Shown piece after piece: positions 1 to 13,056 of a DNA stretch of 64,000 bases. The stretch's first letter is position 1. Each line of letters begins with the position of its first letter. Origin of the DNA: the human T2T-CHM13v2.0 reference genome, Homo sapiens; NCBI RefSeq assembly GCF_009914755.1, contig NC_060926.1. One strand, given 5' to 3'. The position numbers were made by a program, and so were the translations under genes. The notes under the pieces are model-generated. The model was not told the DNA's origin. It saw only the letters and a list, made by a program, of their open reading frames with translations, and did no database searches.

Positions 1-682
1 GGAATTTGGCATAGGAAACTGAATGAAAGTTCGTGTTTGTTTTTCCAAAAATAAGCTCTTAGGCCAGGCACAGTGGCTCATGCCTGTAGTCCCAGCACTT
101 TGGGAGGCCAAGGAGGGTAGATTGCTTGAGCCCAGGAGTTCGAGACTAGCCTGGGCAACGTAGTAAGAGCCCATCTCTAAAAGAAAAAAAAAAGAAGGAA
201 ACTTTTGTATTGTTTCAGTGAAGTTGTTAGTCACTGATGATTATTTCAAAATCAGCAGAAATGAAGCGAGGGAATGCTTTTCCTTTTTCTTTGCTGGGAT
301 AATGCAGCTCCCACAGGGTCTGTGTGTTGTGTTCTTGAGACCTGCCTTTTATGAGTGCAGAATAAGGTGGCTACCTATAGAGTTGTGTTGAGGGATGTTG
401 TGCTCTACATATATCATCTCATTTAATTCTTTTCATAATCCCAAGAGGTAGATACTATTATTATTTCCATTTTATAGATGAGAAAACTGTGTATCATGGA
501 GATGGACAAAACTTGTCAGGCTCTCACAGCTGGGAAACACTTTAATCACTATTCTTCTTCCAGCCAAAAGTTCAGAATGATGGATTTGGAGTCTACTTCA
601 AATCCTGATTCTTCCATGCTACTGTGACTTGTGCAGTTACTTAAATGTACTCATCAAGAAGTGCCATGGTGTTTATTTTTAA

Positions 683-1347
<665 letters not shown>

Positions 1348-3147
1348 TGAGTTCTCATCCCTACAAAAGGCCTGGCTTTAGAAAGTGATTCCAGGCATGT
1401 GTATTTCCCCTAAAGGGGATTCACTTAAATGATTCAGCAAAACCATTTTGTATTCAGAAGCAAAAATAAGAACTGGAAAAAGGGAAGAAGCAAAGAACAG
1501 TTAAAATAGGGGACAAGCCTTGGTCAACCCTTTCCCTTCCTCCCAAGATGTTGCCTTTGCCACTTGTCTCATGTTTTGGTCTTATCTAGGCCTCAAAGAC
1601 ACCAGATACGACATAAAAACCAGTTCTTAGAGGATACACCTATCGGAAAAGCCTATATAAGTGTTTTGATATTTTTGATTTCAGGAATTCAGAAATGTCT
1701 CAGGATGTCAAGAATGTTGTGAACACCACATAGAAAAGATACAAAGTCAAATTCCAAATTATTATCGTTTACAAAGAAAAGTGACAGGGAAGGGAAACTG
1801 AAAATTAGTGTTTATTGAATACCTAAAATGTATTCAGACAAAAATAGACTAGAACTAATTAGCATAATTATTGTAATCCTAGATAAATATCAAATGTCAG
1901 AAAAAGGGTAATTTTTAAAAATATGAATCTTCCATTATGGATAGAAATATCTGGTTTGTTTTTTTTAAGTAGTGGTTCTAACCCCTGGCCAAATTATCTT
2001 GAGTGCTTTTGAAAAATACTGATGCAGAATCTCTGGCGGCCACCCAGGCACTGGTATTTTTTTAAATCTCTTTAGATAATTCTAATATCCCCATCTGTCT
2101 TTTTTTTTTTTTTTTTTTGAGAGAGTCTTACTCATCTGTTGCCCAGGCTGAAGTGCAGTGATGTGATCTCGGCTCACTGAAACCTTTGCCTCCTGGGTTC
2201 AAGAGATTCTCCTGCATCAACCTTCTGAGTATCTGGGATTACAGGCATGGGCCACTGTGCCCAGCTAATTTTTGTATTTTTAGTAGAGACGGGGTTTCAC
2301 CATGTTGGCCAGGCTGGTCTTGAATTCTAGACCTCAAGTGATCCTCCCACCTCAGCCTCCCAAAGTGCTGTGAGCCACCGTGCCCAGCCTAATGTTCCCA
2401 TCCATCTGAGAACCATTGCTCTGAAAGCTCAAGCTCAGCCAAGCAGATTTACTGTGACTGCTTGCTGTCAATCTACCCCTTCCACAGGGAATTGTGAGAG
2501 TCCTTATGTTGCTTAATAGCCATGTTCATGGTATAAAGATCATGAATTGTGGGGTGCTCCAGTGGGTTTGGATAAAAATCCACTTACTAGTGTGCTACAC
2601 TGGCAAATTATTTACTTTCTCTGAGCGTCCATTCCTTCGTCAATCAAACACACTTCTTACTTTTTCCCACTTAAGGGTTTTGAGAGAATTAAATGAAACA
2701 GCATCTCTGAAAGTGTTCTGAGCAGAGTGACACTCCGGTTAATGAATCTTAATTTACTTTTAACTTCGTTACGACTTTATACATAGTGGGTAGGCATTAA
2801 ATGTTTTGGGGGAAAAAAACCTGGCAGCTCCTTTAATTTAACTGGATAAAGGCAATTGTCATTCTAATCCTAGCAAACCAGTCTGTCATTGCATGAGAGA
2901 ACTGAGTACATTTTCCCTGAGTATTTTATATACGCCACAAAAATATCACACCCGAGTATTATGAAATTGATTGCAGCTGTGGGCGTGACTTACCAATCTC
3001 CTTTCTTTGAAAACCTTTAGATTGAGGAAAGGACAATCCACGGAAGACTGAGGAAGGGACAGAAGGCCAACTCTAAATGTTTGTGGGACAAAAAAACCCG
3101 TCTCACTTTTTCTACTTCTATATAATCATCCTAAATAGCATGTTTCA

Positions 3148-3447
3148 GGCCAGGCGCAGTGGCTCAAACCTGTAATCCCAGCACTTTGGGAGGCCGAGGC
3201 GAGCAGATCACTCGAGGTCAGGAGTTTGAGACCAGCCTGACCAACATGTTGAAACCCCCATCTCTACTAAAAATACAAAAATTAGCTGGGCGTGATGGTG
3301 TGCACCTGTAGTCCCAGCTATTCAGGAGGCTGAGGCAGGAGAATTGCTTGATCCCGGGAGGCAGAAGTTTCAGTGAACCGAGATCGCACCACTGCACTCC
3401 AGTCTCAGCAACAGAGCAAGACCCTGTCTCTAAATAAATAAATAAAA
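3148..3447 (+). mobile_element. AluS in TM4SF20 intron 2
   Basis: Full dimer with TSD aaatagcatgtttc. Confidence 0.92.
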
Positions 3448-3587
3448 ATAGCATGTTTCTAAGGCTGTGGCTCTGTCAGTGGAGCCCCACTGTGATTCGG
3501 TAGATGCGAGTGACTCAGTGTGGCTTTGCTTAGGTAGCAATAACTGTTCATGCACTTCTGCTTCCACGCCGACTGCTTCATACTTAC

Positions 3588-3653
3588 TCCAGTTCTGTTG
3601 TTGCAGCACGCTCTTTTTCTTGCTGTCAAGGACATTGTTGTTGCTGGAATGGC
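3588..3653 (-). CDS. TM4SF20: TM4SF20 coding exon 2 (aa 62-83)
   Basis: Acceptor tttccag| followed by 66 nt encoding AIPATTMSLTARKRACCNNRTG, then donor |gtaagta. It continues exon 1 in frame and is missed by the ORF track. Later exons are outside the window to the left. Confidence 0.95.
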
Positions 3654-4029
3654 CTGGAAATGACATCAACAGGAAAGATGAGTATTATAACTTCTCATCA
3701 GAAGAAAAAATAGTAATCTTCACCTTCCGTTTACCACCAGTTGTGGGAAATCAAGGCTCAAAGAACAAAAAGGGAATTTGGCAATATCCGTGGTTTTGTG
3801 AACCTTGTCATCCCAGTTTCAACCAGAAAGATTAAAAGTGGCGGCGGGAACAGGGGAATTCAAGACAGGAGTTTTGAAGTCTTCTATCTACATTCTTAGT
3901 TCACTCTGAGTCATCTGCAGAGAATTGGATTTTAAATAGATTAGGATGACTTATTTATACATTATTTTTGGAAGAAATGTTTCTGAAAGAATTGGCTGCA
4001 TCATCCAAACTCTGTTGTTTGTTTGTTTA

Positions 4030-4300
4030 AAGAGTAGGGGTCTCACTCTCTTACCCAGGCCATAGTGCAGTGATACGAGCATAGCTCACTGTAGCCTTGA
4101 ACTCCTGGGCTCAAATAATCCTCCTGCCTTAGCCTCCTGAGTAGCTAGGACCACAGGTGTAGACCACCACACCTGGCTAATTTTAAAAATATTTTTGTAG
4201 AAGCAAGATCTCACTCTGTTGCCCAGACTGGTCCTGAACTCCTGGCCTCAAGAAAACCTCCTGCCAAGAAAACTAAAGATGTGAGCCATTACGCCTGGCC
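4030..4300 (-). mobile_element. Diverged AluJ in TM4SF20 intron 1
   Basis: Reverse Alu with the J-type catagctcactgtagccttgaactcctgggctcaa. Confidence 0.85.
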
Positions 4301-5036
4301 CGATTTCCCAGAAATTGTATGGATTATTCTGGCAAACCTGCAGAAAAGAAATTGATGGTTTTGTTTGCCTGGCAGTTGGGAACAAATCATTCTGTCACCA
4401 CCCACTCCCACTAGCCTTTCTTTTCCCAGGATCCCGGCTATCTTGCTGGTTTCCCCAAACTTATATTTGAGAATTATTTTTGGTTCCACGTTCTCCTTTC
4501 TCTTCCTATATCCATGATATGTAATGATCTCACTTTATATATTGATGCTCAGAAATCTATAGATCGCATTCTGCCTTCAGGGAAATACACGTTGCCAAGG
4601 AAAGCTGTAAGAAAGAACACCATATTCTCAGGACTTGGGTTTCAATTTTTAGTATATCTAGGCAGCAGCTACGACTAGAAATTCTTACTGGAAGGAGTTT
4701 TGTATCATTGAAGGGTGGAATGTAATTATTTCCTTCCGCTTGAGAAATTTTAGGCGTAGGTTTTTTTGCCATCTCAGCACAGCTGCCCTTGAGTGGTTTT
4801 TCTCTCTCCTTCTACTCTCATTCTCTAACATTTTCCCGAGCTCTGGCGAATGCCAGACTCTGTTACAGGCACTTTACACGCCTTAGTTTATTCCATCCTC
4901 ATAATAATCCTATGAGGTAGGTGCTATTATTATTCCCATTTTACCAATGAGAAAACTGAGGCATAGAAAGGACAAATTACTCAAATTGTCCTTCTACTTT
5001 CTTGGTAGAAGGGTTGGGATTCAAAACTAGTCATTT

Positions 5037-5687
<651 letters not shown>

Positions 5688-6182
5688 GGACTCTTAATCC
5701 CTATTCCACACTGACTCAAGTCTTACAATTCTCCCCTATTCCTACCTAGAGTTTGTTCATTCTCATCTTCCCTGCTGCCTTCACCCTTGCCCATCTCATT
5801 GTCCTTCCAGTTACTCCCACTCTGATTCATTTATCCAAGGCCACATCTGCCTTTATTCTTTTAGCACGGGTTTAAAGTTTATGCCTCTTTACAAGGCAGC
5901 TTTCCTAACAAACCTCACTCCATCTGATGATGTACTGCCTCCATGTCACTTTGTATTATTATCAAGCTTTGCTTACACATTGCCTTGAACACCACCACCC
6001 TCCTTATTTAGAGGCCACATGTGTATATGGCTGCCTAGCCACCTTGGCGCATAGCTGAAAGCCCAGAAGAAAAGGGAAAAGAAATTTTAGCTCCCAAATA
6101 GGTATCAGTATTCGTGCACTAAACATCTTTTATTGTACACATAAGCTGTACTGCCTTTTGAGCTTACAGGACAAATCATTTA

Positions 6183-6680
<498 letters not shown>

Positions 6681-7479
6681 ACAGATTTAGAAAATTAATG
6701 ATTCTTTTAAAAGAAAGTGCAAGTGTACTCCAGCCTAGATGACAAAGTGAGACCCTGTCTAAAAAAAAAAAAAAAAAAAAAAAAAGTGGATTGACATTAC
6801 AACTTAAATGGATAAATTGTTCTATTTTCCTTGTTGATGCAAACTGAACTCTGGTAACTTTCTTGAAGATAAGTTTATTTCAGAGTTACTAAATATTTCC
6901 TTTCATGATTCACTTACAAAGGGGTTTTATAAAGGGACAATTACTTACAGTGTATAAGTCACCACCCCACCGACTTCAAGGCGTATTAACACATCTTTGT
7001 AATGCTGTTACTGGTGATTTGACAACTCGCTGCGGTTTCAACCGCTTTCCCATTCAGAGCTCCGGAAATTGGAGGGGCTCTTTAGACAGACACTAAAACT
7101 GTGAATGGTGTGTGTGTGTGTGTGTATGAATTATATATAAATTTTCCAGATAATCTCCTGCCAAAATGAGTAATTATGAGAACACACTTTCTCTTCATTT
7201 CCTAAGCATATTTGAATGCCTGAGTTTTTGTAAAATTAAAAGTCTTGCTAGTCTTTTGTTTTTAAAAAGGAAAGTAATATTGTTGATTTTTTCTTACAGA
7301 GCCCCCTAATTGTATTTAGTTTGAGAAGTTACATGATTTTACAAATGAAGTGTGGAAAAACTTCAGACCATTAAAAATCCTGTGATGAAATTCAGACTTT
7401 TGGGAGTCCTCTAAGAACTTGAACATGAGAGTAACACACAAAGTCATAGCTCATTACAAATATCAAAACTATATTTTGC

Positions 7480-8463
7480 AGCCAGGCATGGTGGCTCATG
7501 CCTGTAATTCTGGCACTTCGGGAGGCCAAGACAGGAGGCTTGCTTGAACCCAGGAGTTTGACCCCAACCTGGGCAATATAGTGAGACCCTATCTACAAAA
7601 AAAAAAAAAAAAAATTTTGAGACAGAGTCTCACTCTGTCACCTAGGCTGGAGTGCAGTGGCACAATCTCGGCTCTCTGCAACTCCTGCCTCTGGGTACAA
7701 GTGATTCTCCTGCCTCAGCCTCCCGAGTAGCTGGGATTACAGGCATGCACCACCATGCCTGGCTAATTTTTGTATTTTTTGATAGAAACGGGTTTCTCCA
7801 TGTTGGCCAGGCTGGTCTCGAACTCCTGCCCTCAGGTGATCTACCCACCTCAGCCTCTCAAGATGCTGGGATTACAGGCATAAGCCACCATACCTGGCCA
7901 AAAAAAAATTTAAGATAAGCTGGGCAATAGTGGTGCATGCCTATAGTCCCAGCTACTGAGGAGGCTGAAGTGGGAGGATCACTTGATCCCAGGAGGTTGA
8001 CGATGCAGTGAGTTGTGCTCACAGCACTGCATTCTAGCTTGAGTGACAGAGCATGACCTTGTCTCAAAAACAATGACCAAAAAAAACCAAAGAAAACCCA
8101 CAAAAGTATATTTTACAAATGTTTGTCATGCCTAATGTCTTCTCATCTGTTTAACTTTCAACAATTTGTTTTTTTCTTTTGAGATGGAGTCTTGCTCTGT
8201 CACCTAGGCTGGAGTACAGTGGCGCGATCTCAGCTTACTGCGAGCTCCACCTCCTGGGTTCACACCATTCCCTTGCCGCAGCCTCCTGAGTAGCTAGGAC
8301 AACAGGAGCCCACCACCAAGCCTGGCTAATTTTTTTATATTTTTAGTAGAGACGGCGTTTCACCGTGTTAGCCAGGACGGTCTTGATCTCCTGACCTCGT
8401 GATTCGCCCGCCTCGGCCTCCCAAAGTGCTGGGATTACAGACATGAGCCACCGTGCCTGGCCA
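7480..8463. mobile_element. AluJ (+) with an inverted AluS (about 7616-7899) inserted in its central A-linker, followed by a reverse Alu (about 8170-8463)
   Basis: Left arm at 7480-7615, reverse Alu, then the right arm resumes at about 7918. TSD-like aaaaaaaaattt on both sides. Confidence 0.85.
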
Positions 8464-10309
8464 GCTTTCAACAATTTGTTCTCCATTAAGACTTCAATAG
8501 TTGACTTTGATGAGTTACTATTATCTAATAAGTGAACTCAATGAATAAGCATGATTAAGATCAGGCTCACAACCTCATATAAAATAAAATGGCCTTTCTG
8601 TTTATATGTTTTCAAGGAAACATTTTGAGATCTTTTTAAAAATACTCGAACAAATAACATTTGTATTGATTTTTCCATTTAAAGTTAAAGATAATTAAGT
8701 ACATCACATTTTTACTTAGTCATAGTTTTAGAAGATGAAAAGTCCGCCTCCGTTTTAAGTAAGTCATGAAGCCATAAAATGAATATATTTCATGATGTAA
8801 TCAATAATGAATTCCATAGTTTGTATAATTATCTACTTCCTGCAAAATCCCATTTTTGGTAACAATACTAATTTGAAACACTACAGTAATTCTGGAAAGA
8901 TTTCAAGAACTATGACCAAAGTGCTTATCACAGGCAGTGATTTCTTCTCTATTAACTTTTTTGTGTAGTTACTAGTATATTGAAAGCTCAGTATTTTGAA
9001 CTAGTGAGTATTTTCATGGATATTATAAAGGACATATTAATAAATTCCTTTGAAAAACACTTTCTTCCACATTCTCTATCTATCTGAGGATCATGAAAAT
9101 ATACCTGTAGTCTGAGCCCTTTTTACCACCCACCTGTTTGCTTGTGGGCATAGCCTCTGTCTATAAAGTTCATATTGGACTTTTCAAAGAGTTGTCTGAT
9201 GCTTTAATGACATTCTATAATACAGAATAATAGAGATAGTCTGGTGTTTATATCTTTGATAATACTTACTGAGGGTGATAAAGTAAACTTAGCTGTAGAA
9301 CGAGGAAGTTCAGATTCTCTGAAACTGTTCCACGAGTTTCTATAATCTTTCTGTGACTCAGTTTCCTGGTCACTTGACTTTATGGATTAATTTATAGATT
9401 ATATCTTTCACCTCTGGCAGCCCTGAGACAGGTGTTGAGGACTACGGTACTAGCACTGGTGGAAAAACAGAGTTTTGACGTCAGATAAATCTGGAATTTC
9501 ACATCCATTAGGTGACCTTGTTAACATTCCTAACTTTCTATCTGCTGGCCTATAAAATTCAAGTGATAATAAATGCACACATTATTATAGAGACTAAATG
9601 AGATAACAAGGTAATGTATGAACCCAGTAGCTGGCCTTTGGCAGACGGCCAATAAATGAGCACTTATGTCCTTCTGTCTGTCTCTGCCTTTCTCTTTCTC
9701 TTCTCTCCCTGCCACACCCGCCACCATCCTAAAATGAAGAATACAGGAGATGTAGGTATGTGTCATCGCCACCTCCGACTCCTTTAATGCTAATACATTT
9801 TTTTTAATCTCATGGGATTTGTGGCAGAGCCAATTTATATCTAAAGCTGCATGTGTTATTCTAAGTGGATTGTCTTAACTCAGGAACTTCTAGGAGCTTC
9901 ATGGAAATTGCTATCGTTAAGTCATGCTCAGCCAGCTGCTCCTGGCTTCTGGTGTAAGCAAATGCAAAAGAGGCTTCTACTACTCAAGCAGAGAGAAGCC
10001 TTCTACAGGGAAGAAAACAGACACACGGATGTACAGTTGCTTCATGCTGTTGAGTTGCAATGTGTTTTCTGTCTCTCAGCCTGGAAGAGAGCATTCATGG
10101 CAGTGTGAAGAAATAGCCCAAAACTTTCCAAAAGCTTTTTCTTTAATTAGATCTTTCTACCTAAAGCAGAGGAACAGATTCTTTGTGATGGTAAAGGAAG
10201 AGTGTTTTTGTAAATCTGGGGATAATACCAGCAGCAGTAACTGATCATAATTCAGAATCAGTGATTCAAGTAGAAAACTATGTCCTGAATTTCTTTAAAA
10301 ATCACCTCC

Positions 10310-10672
10310 ACAGCCATAAAAAAGGAATGAGATCATGACCTTTGCAGGGACATGGATGGAGCTGGAGGCCATTATCCTTAAACTAACGCATGAACAGAAA
10401 ACCAAAAACCGCATGTTCTCACTTGTAAGCGGGAGGTAAATGATGAGAACACATGAGCACATAAAAGGGAACAACACACACTGGTGCCTGTTGGAGGGTG
10501 GAGAGTGGAGGGTGGGAGGAGGGAGAGGATCAGGCAAAATAAATAATGGGTAGTAGGCTTAATATCTGGATGACGAAATAATCTGTACAACCAGCCCCCA
10601 AGATACACGTTTACCTATGTAACAAACCTGCACATGTACCTCTGAACTGAAAACTTAAAAAAAAAAGTTAAA
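10310..10672 (+). mobile_element. 5'-truncated primate L1 (L1PA-type 3' end) in TM4SF20 intron 1
   Basis: cagccataaaaaaggaatgagatcatg...ttctcacttgtaagcgggag...ttacctatgtaacaaacctgcacatgtacc plus an A-tail. TSD aaaa(a/g)tcacctcc on both sides. Confidence 0.85.
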
Positions 10673-10735
10673 AAAAAGTCACCTCCGTGTTTTATTATCT
10701 CTAAAACACTGATAATATCAGTCCTTACAGCTTAC

Positions 10736-10788
10736 TCTCTCTCTCTCTCTCTGTCTTACACACACACACACACAGGCACACACACACA
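10736..10788 (+). repeat. (CT)n/(CA)n compound microsatellite
   Basis: Seen directly in the sequence. Confidence 0.9.
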
Positions 10789-11759
10789 TTCATTTATTTG
10801 GCACTAACTAAACCCCCTAGTGGCATAACAAACAAAAACAAGCCTCTTGGATGCTGAATTATCAACTTCAACATCCACATCCCCATTTTACACATATGGA
10901 AACAAAACCATAGGATAAATGATTTGCTTGCAGTGGTATATGGGAGGCAGAACCATAGCTGAGGTATTCTGCCATATTTGAAAGCCGTTTTCCCTATACA
11001 AATGCGTCCTACCCAGGCCTACTGCACCCAGAATTCTCAGGAGAAAATCCGTAAATCTAACTATTGCAAGTGCCTCGGGTGATTCATGTCAGTTATATTT
11101 AGGAGTTCCATCCTGCACTGCTCTGCTGCAGATTTCAACAGAGGTAGACCTAGTAACAATCACCAAACTATTCAACAAGCTCGATGTCCTAGGATCTATA
11201 TAATAGCTGAGTCAAAAATTCCTTGAGGCCAGAGACCCAGGATTTTAAGTCCATGTCTCTTAGCCCAACTCCCTTCAGGTACAGGCAATGCAGCATTCAT
11301 GCCTCGTAATTACCATCACCCAGGCTAGTCATCATACATGGGAATGTTTCTACTCATCCCTATTAAGCAACCTGTCACTCCTATTGCATTTTCTGTAAAT
11401 ACTTAGAGACTGGTATGGAGCAATGGAAAGTTGAAGGAATTAATTCAGAAGGTCCCTAACTCTAACCACAAAGCTTGAAAGAGCAGCCCTACCTGTACAG
11501 AAATGTGAGAGATAATAACCCAGCCAACTTCTACTAATTAATTTATTTTTTTGCCCAGCTCTCTATCCTATACCACATAGTGTACTTTATTTAAATTACC
11601 ATTCTTCACTGATGACCAATATAAATTAATGCCATACTACTGCTCCAAATTTTATCATAAGCCAAGACATAGTTAACTGCAAGACTGGAAGACAGCTTTT
11701 AGGATTTTGGTGAAATAGGCAGGCCCTTCTTCACATCAAGTCAAATAAATATCACTCAC

Positions 11760-11942
11760 CATCAGACCTGCTCCTATAATTCCTGGGAACCACCACTCAA
11801 AGCAAGAGATGGGGTTTTGAGAAAATTGGTCTTCCTCAACTAAGCTGACAATTAGAGGTATCGCATTGAGAACTACTCCTAACAGCAGTAGAACCAGCAG
11901 GCTGAATCCATTGCAGGATGTCCATCCTTCGCAGCAGGTCAT
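11760..11942 (-). CDS. TM4SF20: TM4SF20 coding exon 1 (aa 1-61), transmembrane 4 L six family member 20
   Basis: Translates MTCCEGWTSCNGFSLLVLLLLGVVLNAIPLIVSLVEEDQFSQNPISCFEWWFPGIIGAGLM, the recognised TM4SF20 N-terminus with the L6-family W.f.GiiG.Glm motif. Start context is GTGACC-ATG. The 183 nt end at a phase-0 donor ATG|GTGAGT (11759-11754). Confidence 0.97.
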
Positions 11943-12080
11943 GGTCACCCCTGGCTCAGAAACGTTGTCAAAGTGGCTATGCTTGCATGGTACTATGTTG
12001 CCTTTTATCCCAATCTTCTGGTTAAAATTTAACGCTAATAAAAAATGAATAGTGGAAAATAGTTCAGAGTCCAATAGGGT
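11943..12080 (-). promoter_or_regulatory. TM4SF20: TM4SF20 5'UTR and proximal promoter
   Basis: GATAAAA (GATA/TATA-like) at 12009-12003, HNF1-like GTTAAAATTTAAC at 12021-12033, CDX-like CTAATAAAA at 12035-12043, and DR1/HNF4-like AGTTCA-G-AGTCCA at 12061-12073. The TSS is inferred near 11980. Confidence 0.7.
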
Positions 12081-12807
12081 AGGACATTATTATGATGACT
12101 ATGATGGGAAATGAGAAAATAATTCCATATTATGATGAGGTGAAGGAAGGAAAGCAGAAAAAAAAATCTATGAGATAAATTTATGTAAGAAGATAGGCTT
12201 ACGATAAGCTCCTTTAATATACTCCTTTATTAGTATGGCTTCTAAAAAGTAAAAACAAAAATATCCAGCTAAACTATATTTTCCTGTTCTATCGATATTA
12301 TTACCAGCTATGGAAGTTTCTTATTTTGAAATTGTTCAACAAGAAAATGAACACATATGAGATGTGGAGAAAGGTATTTCCTCTGCTGCAAATATTAGAG
12401 TTTATTTCAAGCCGTATGCTCACATACACAAAAGAAAATGTTTATGTCATATTATTCCAGTGTTGCAGACTAACCCATTTAGAGATAGCCCACCTAAGAC
12501 ATGTGAGAGCTTTGGCTAATGCTACCAGACTGAAAGATAGCAATAGGAGAGAGATTGGATGAGGAGATTATCATATTTTATTTAAGCCCTTGAACACTTA
12601 CTTGGCCATGTGCAGTACTTTACATCTCTAGACTGTGGTTCCACATTGCCTCTCCACTAGCTGGTGAGCTCCTTGAGAAAAGACTATCAGTTGGCATAAG
12701 CTTTAAAATACAAAAGTTCTGGCCAGCTGCGGTGGCTCACGCCTGTAATCTCAGTGCTTTGGGAGGCCAAAGCGAGAGGATCACCTGAGGTCAGGAGTTC
12801 GAGATCA

Positions 12808-13056
<249 letters not shown>

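Noticed and set aside
3430-3835. ORFs 3430-3669 (-) and 3467-3835 (+) overlapping exon 2
   Set aside because: They are the wrong frame or strand; the true exon is 3588-3653 in a different minus-strand frame.
11977-11988. Tiny uORF ATG-CAA-GCA-TAG in good Kozak context upstream of TM4SF20
   Set aside because: Its ATG lies at or above the inferred TSS (about 11980), so it is probably not in the main mRNA; it would matter only for longer 5' ends.
11943-12074. N-terminal extension of the 112-aa ORF upstream of MTCCEG
   Set aside because: It starts at TTG and runs through the promoter motifs; the recognised protein begins at 11942 and splices at 11760.
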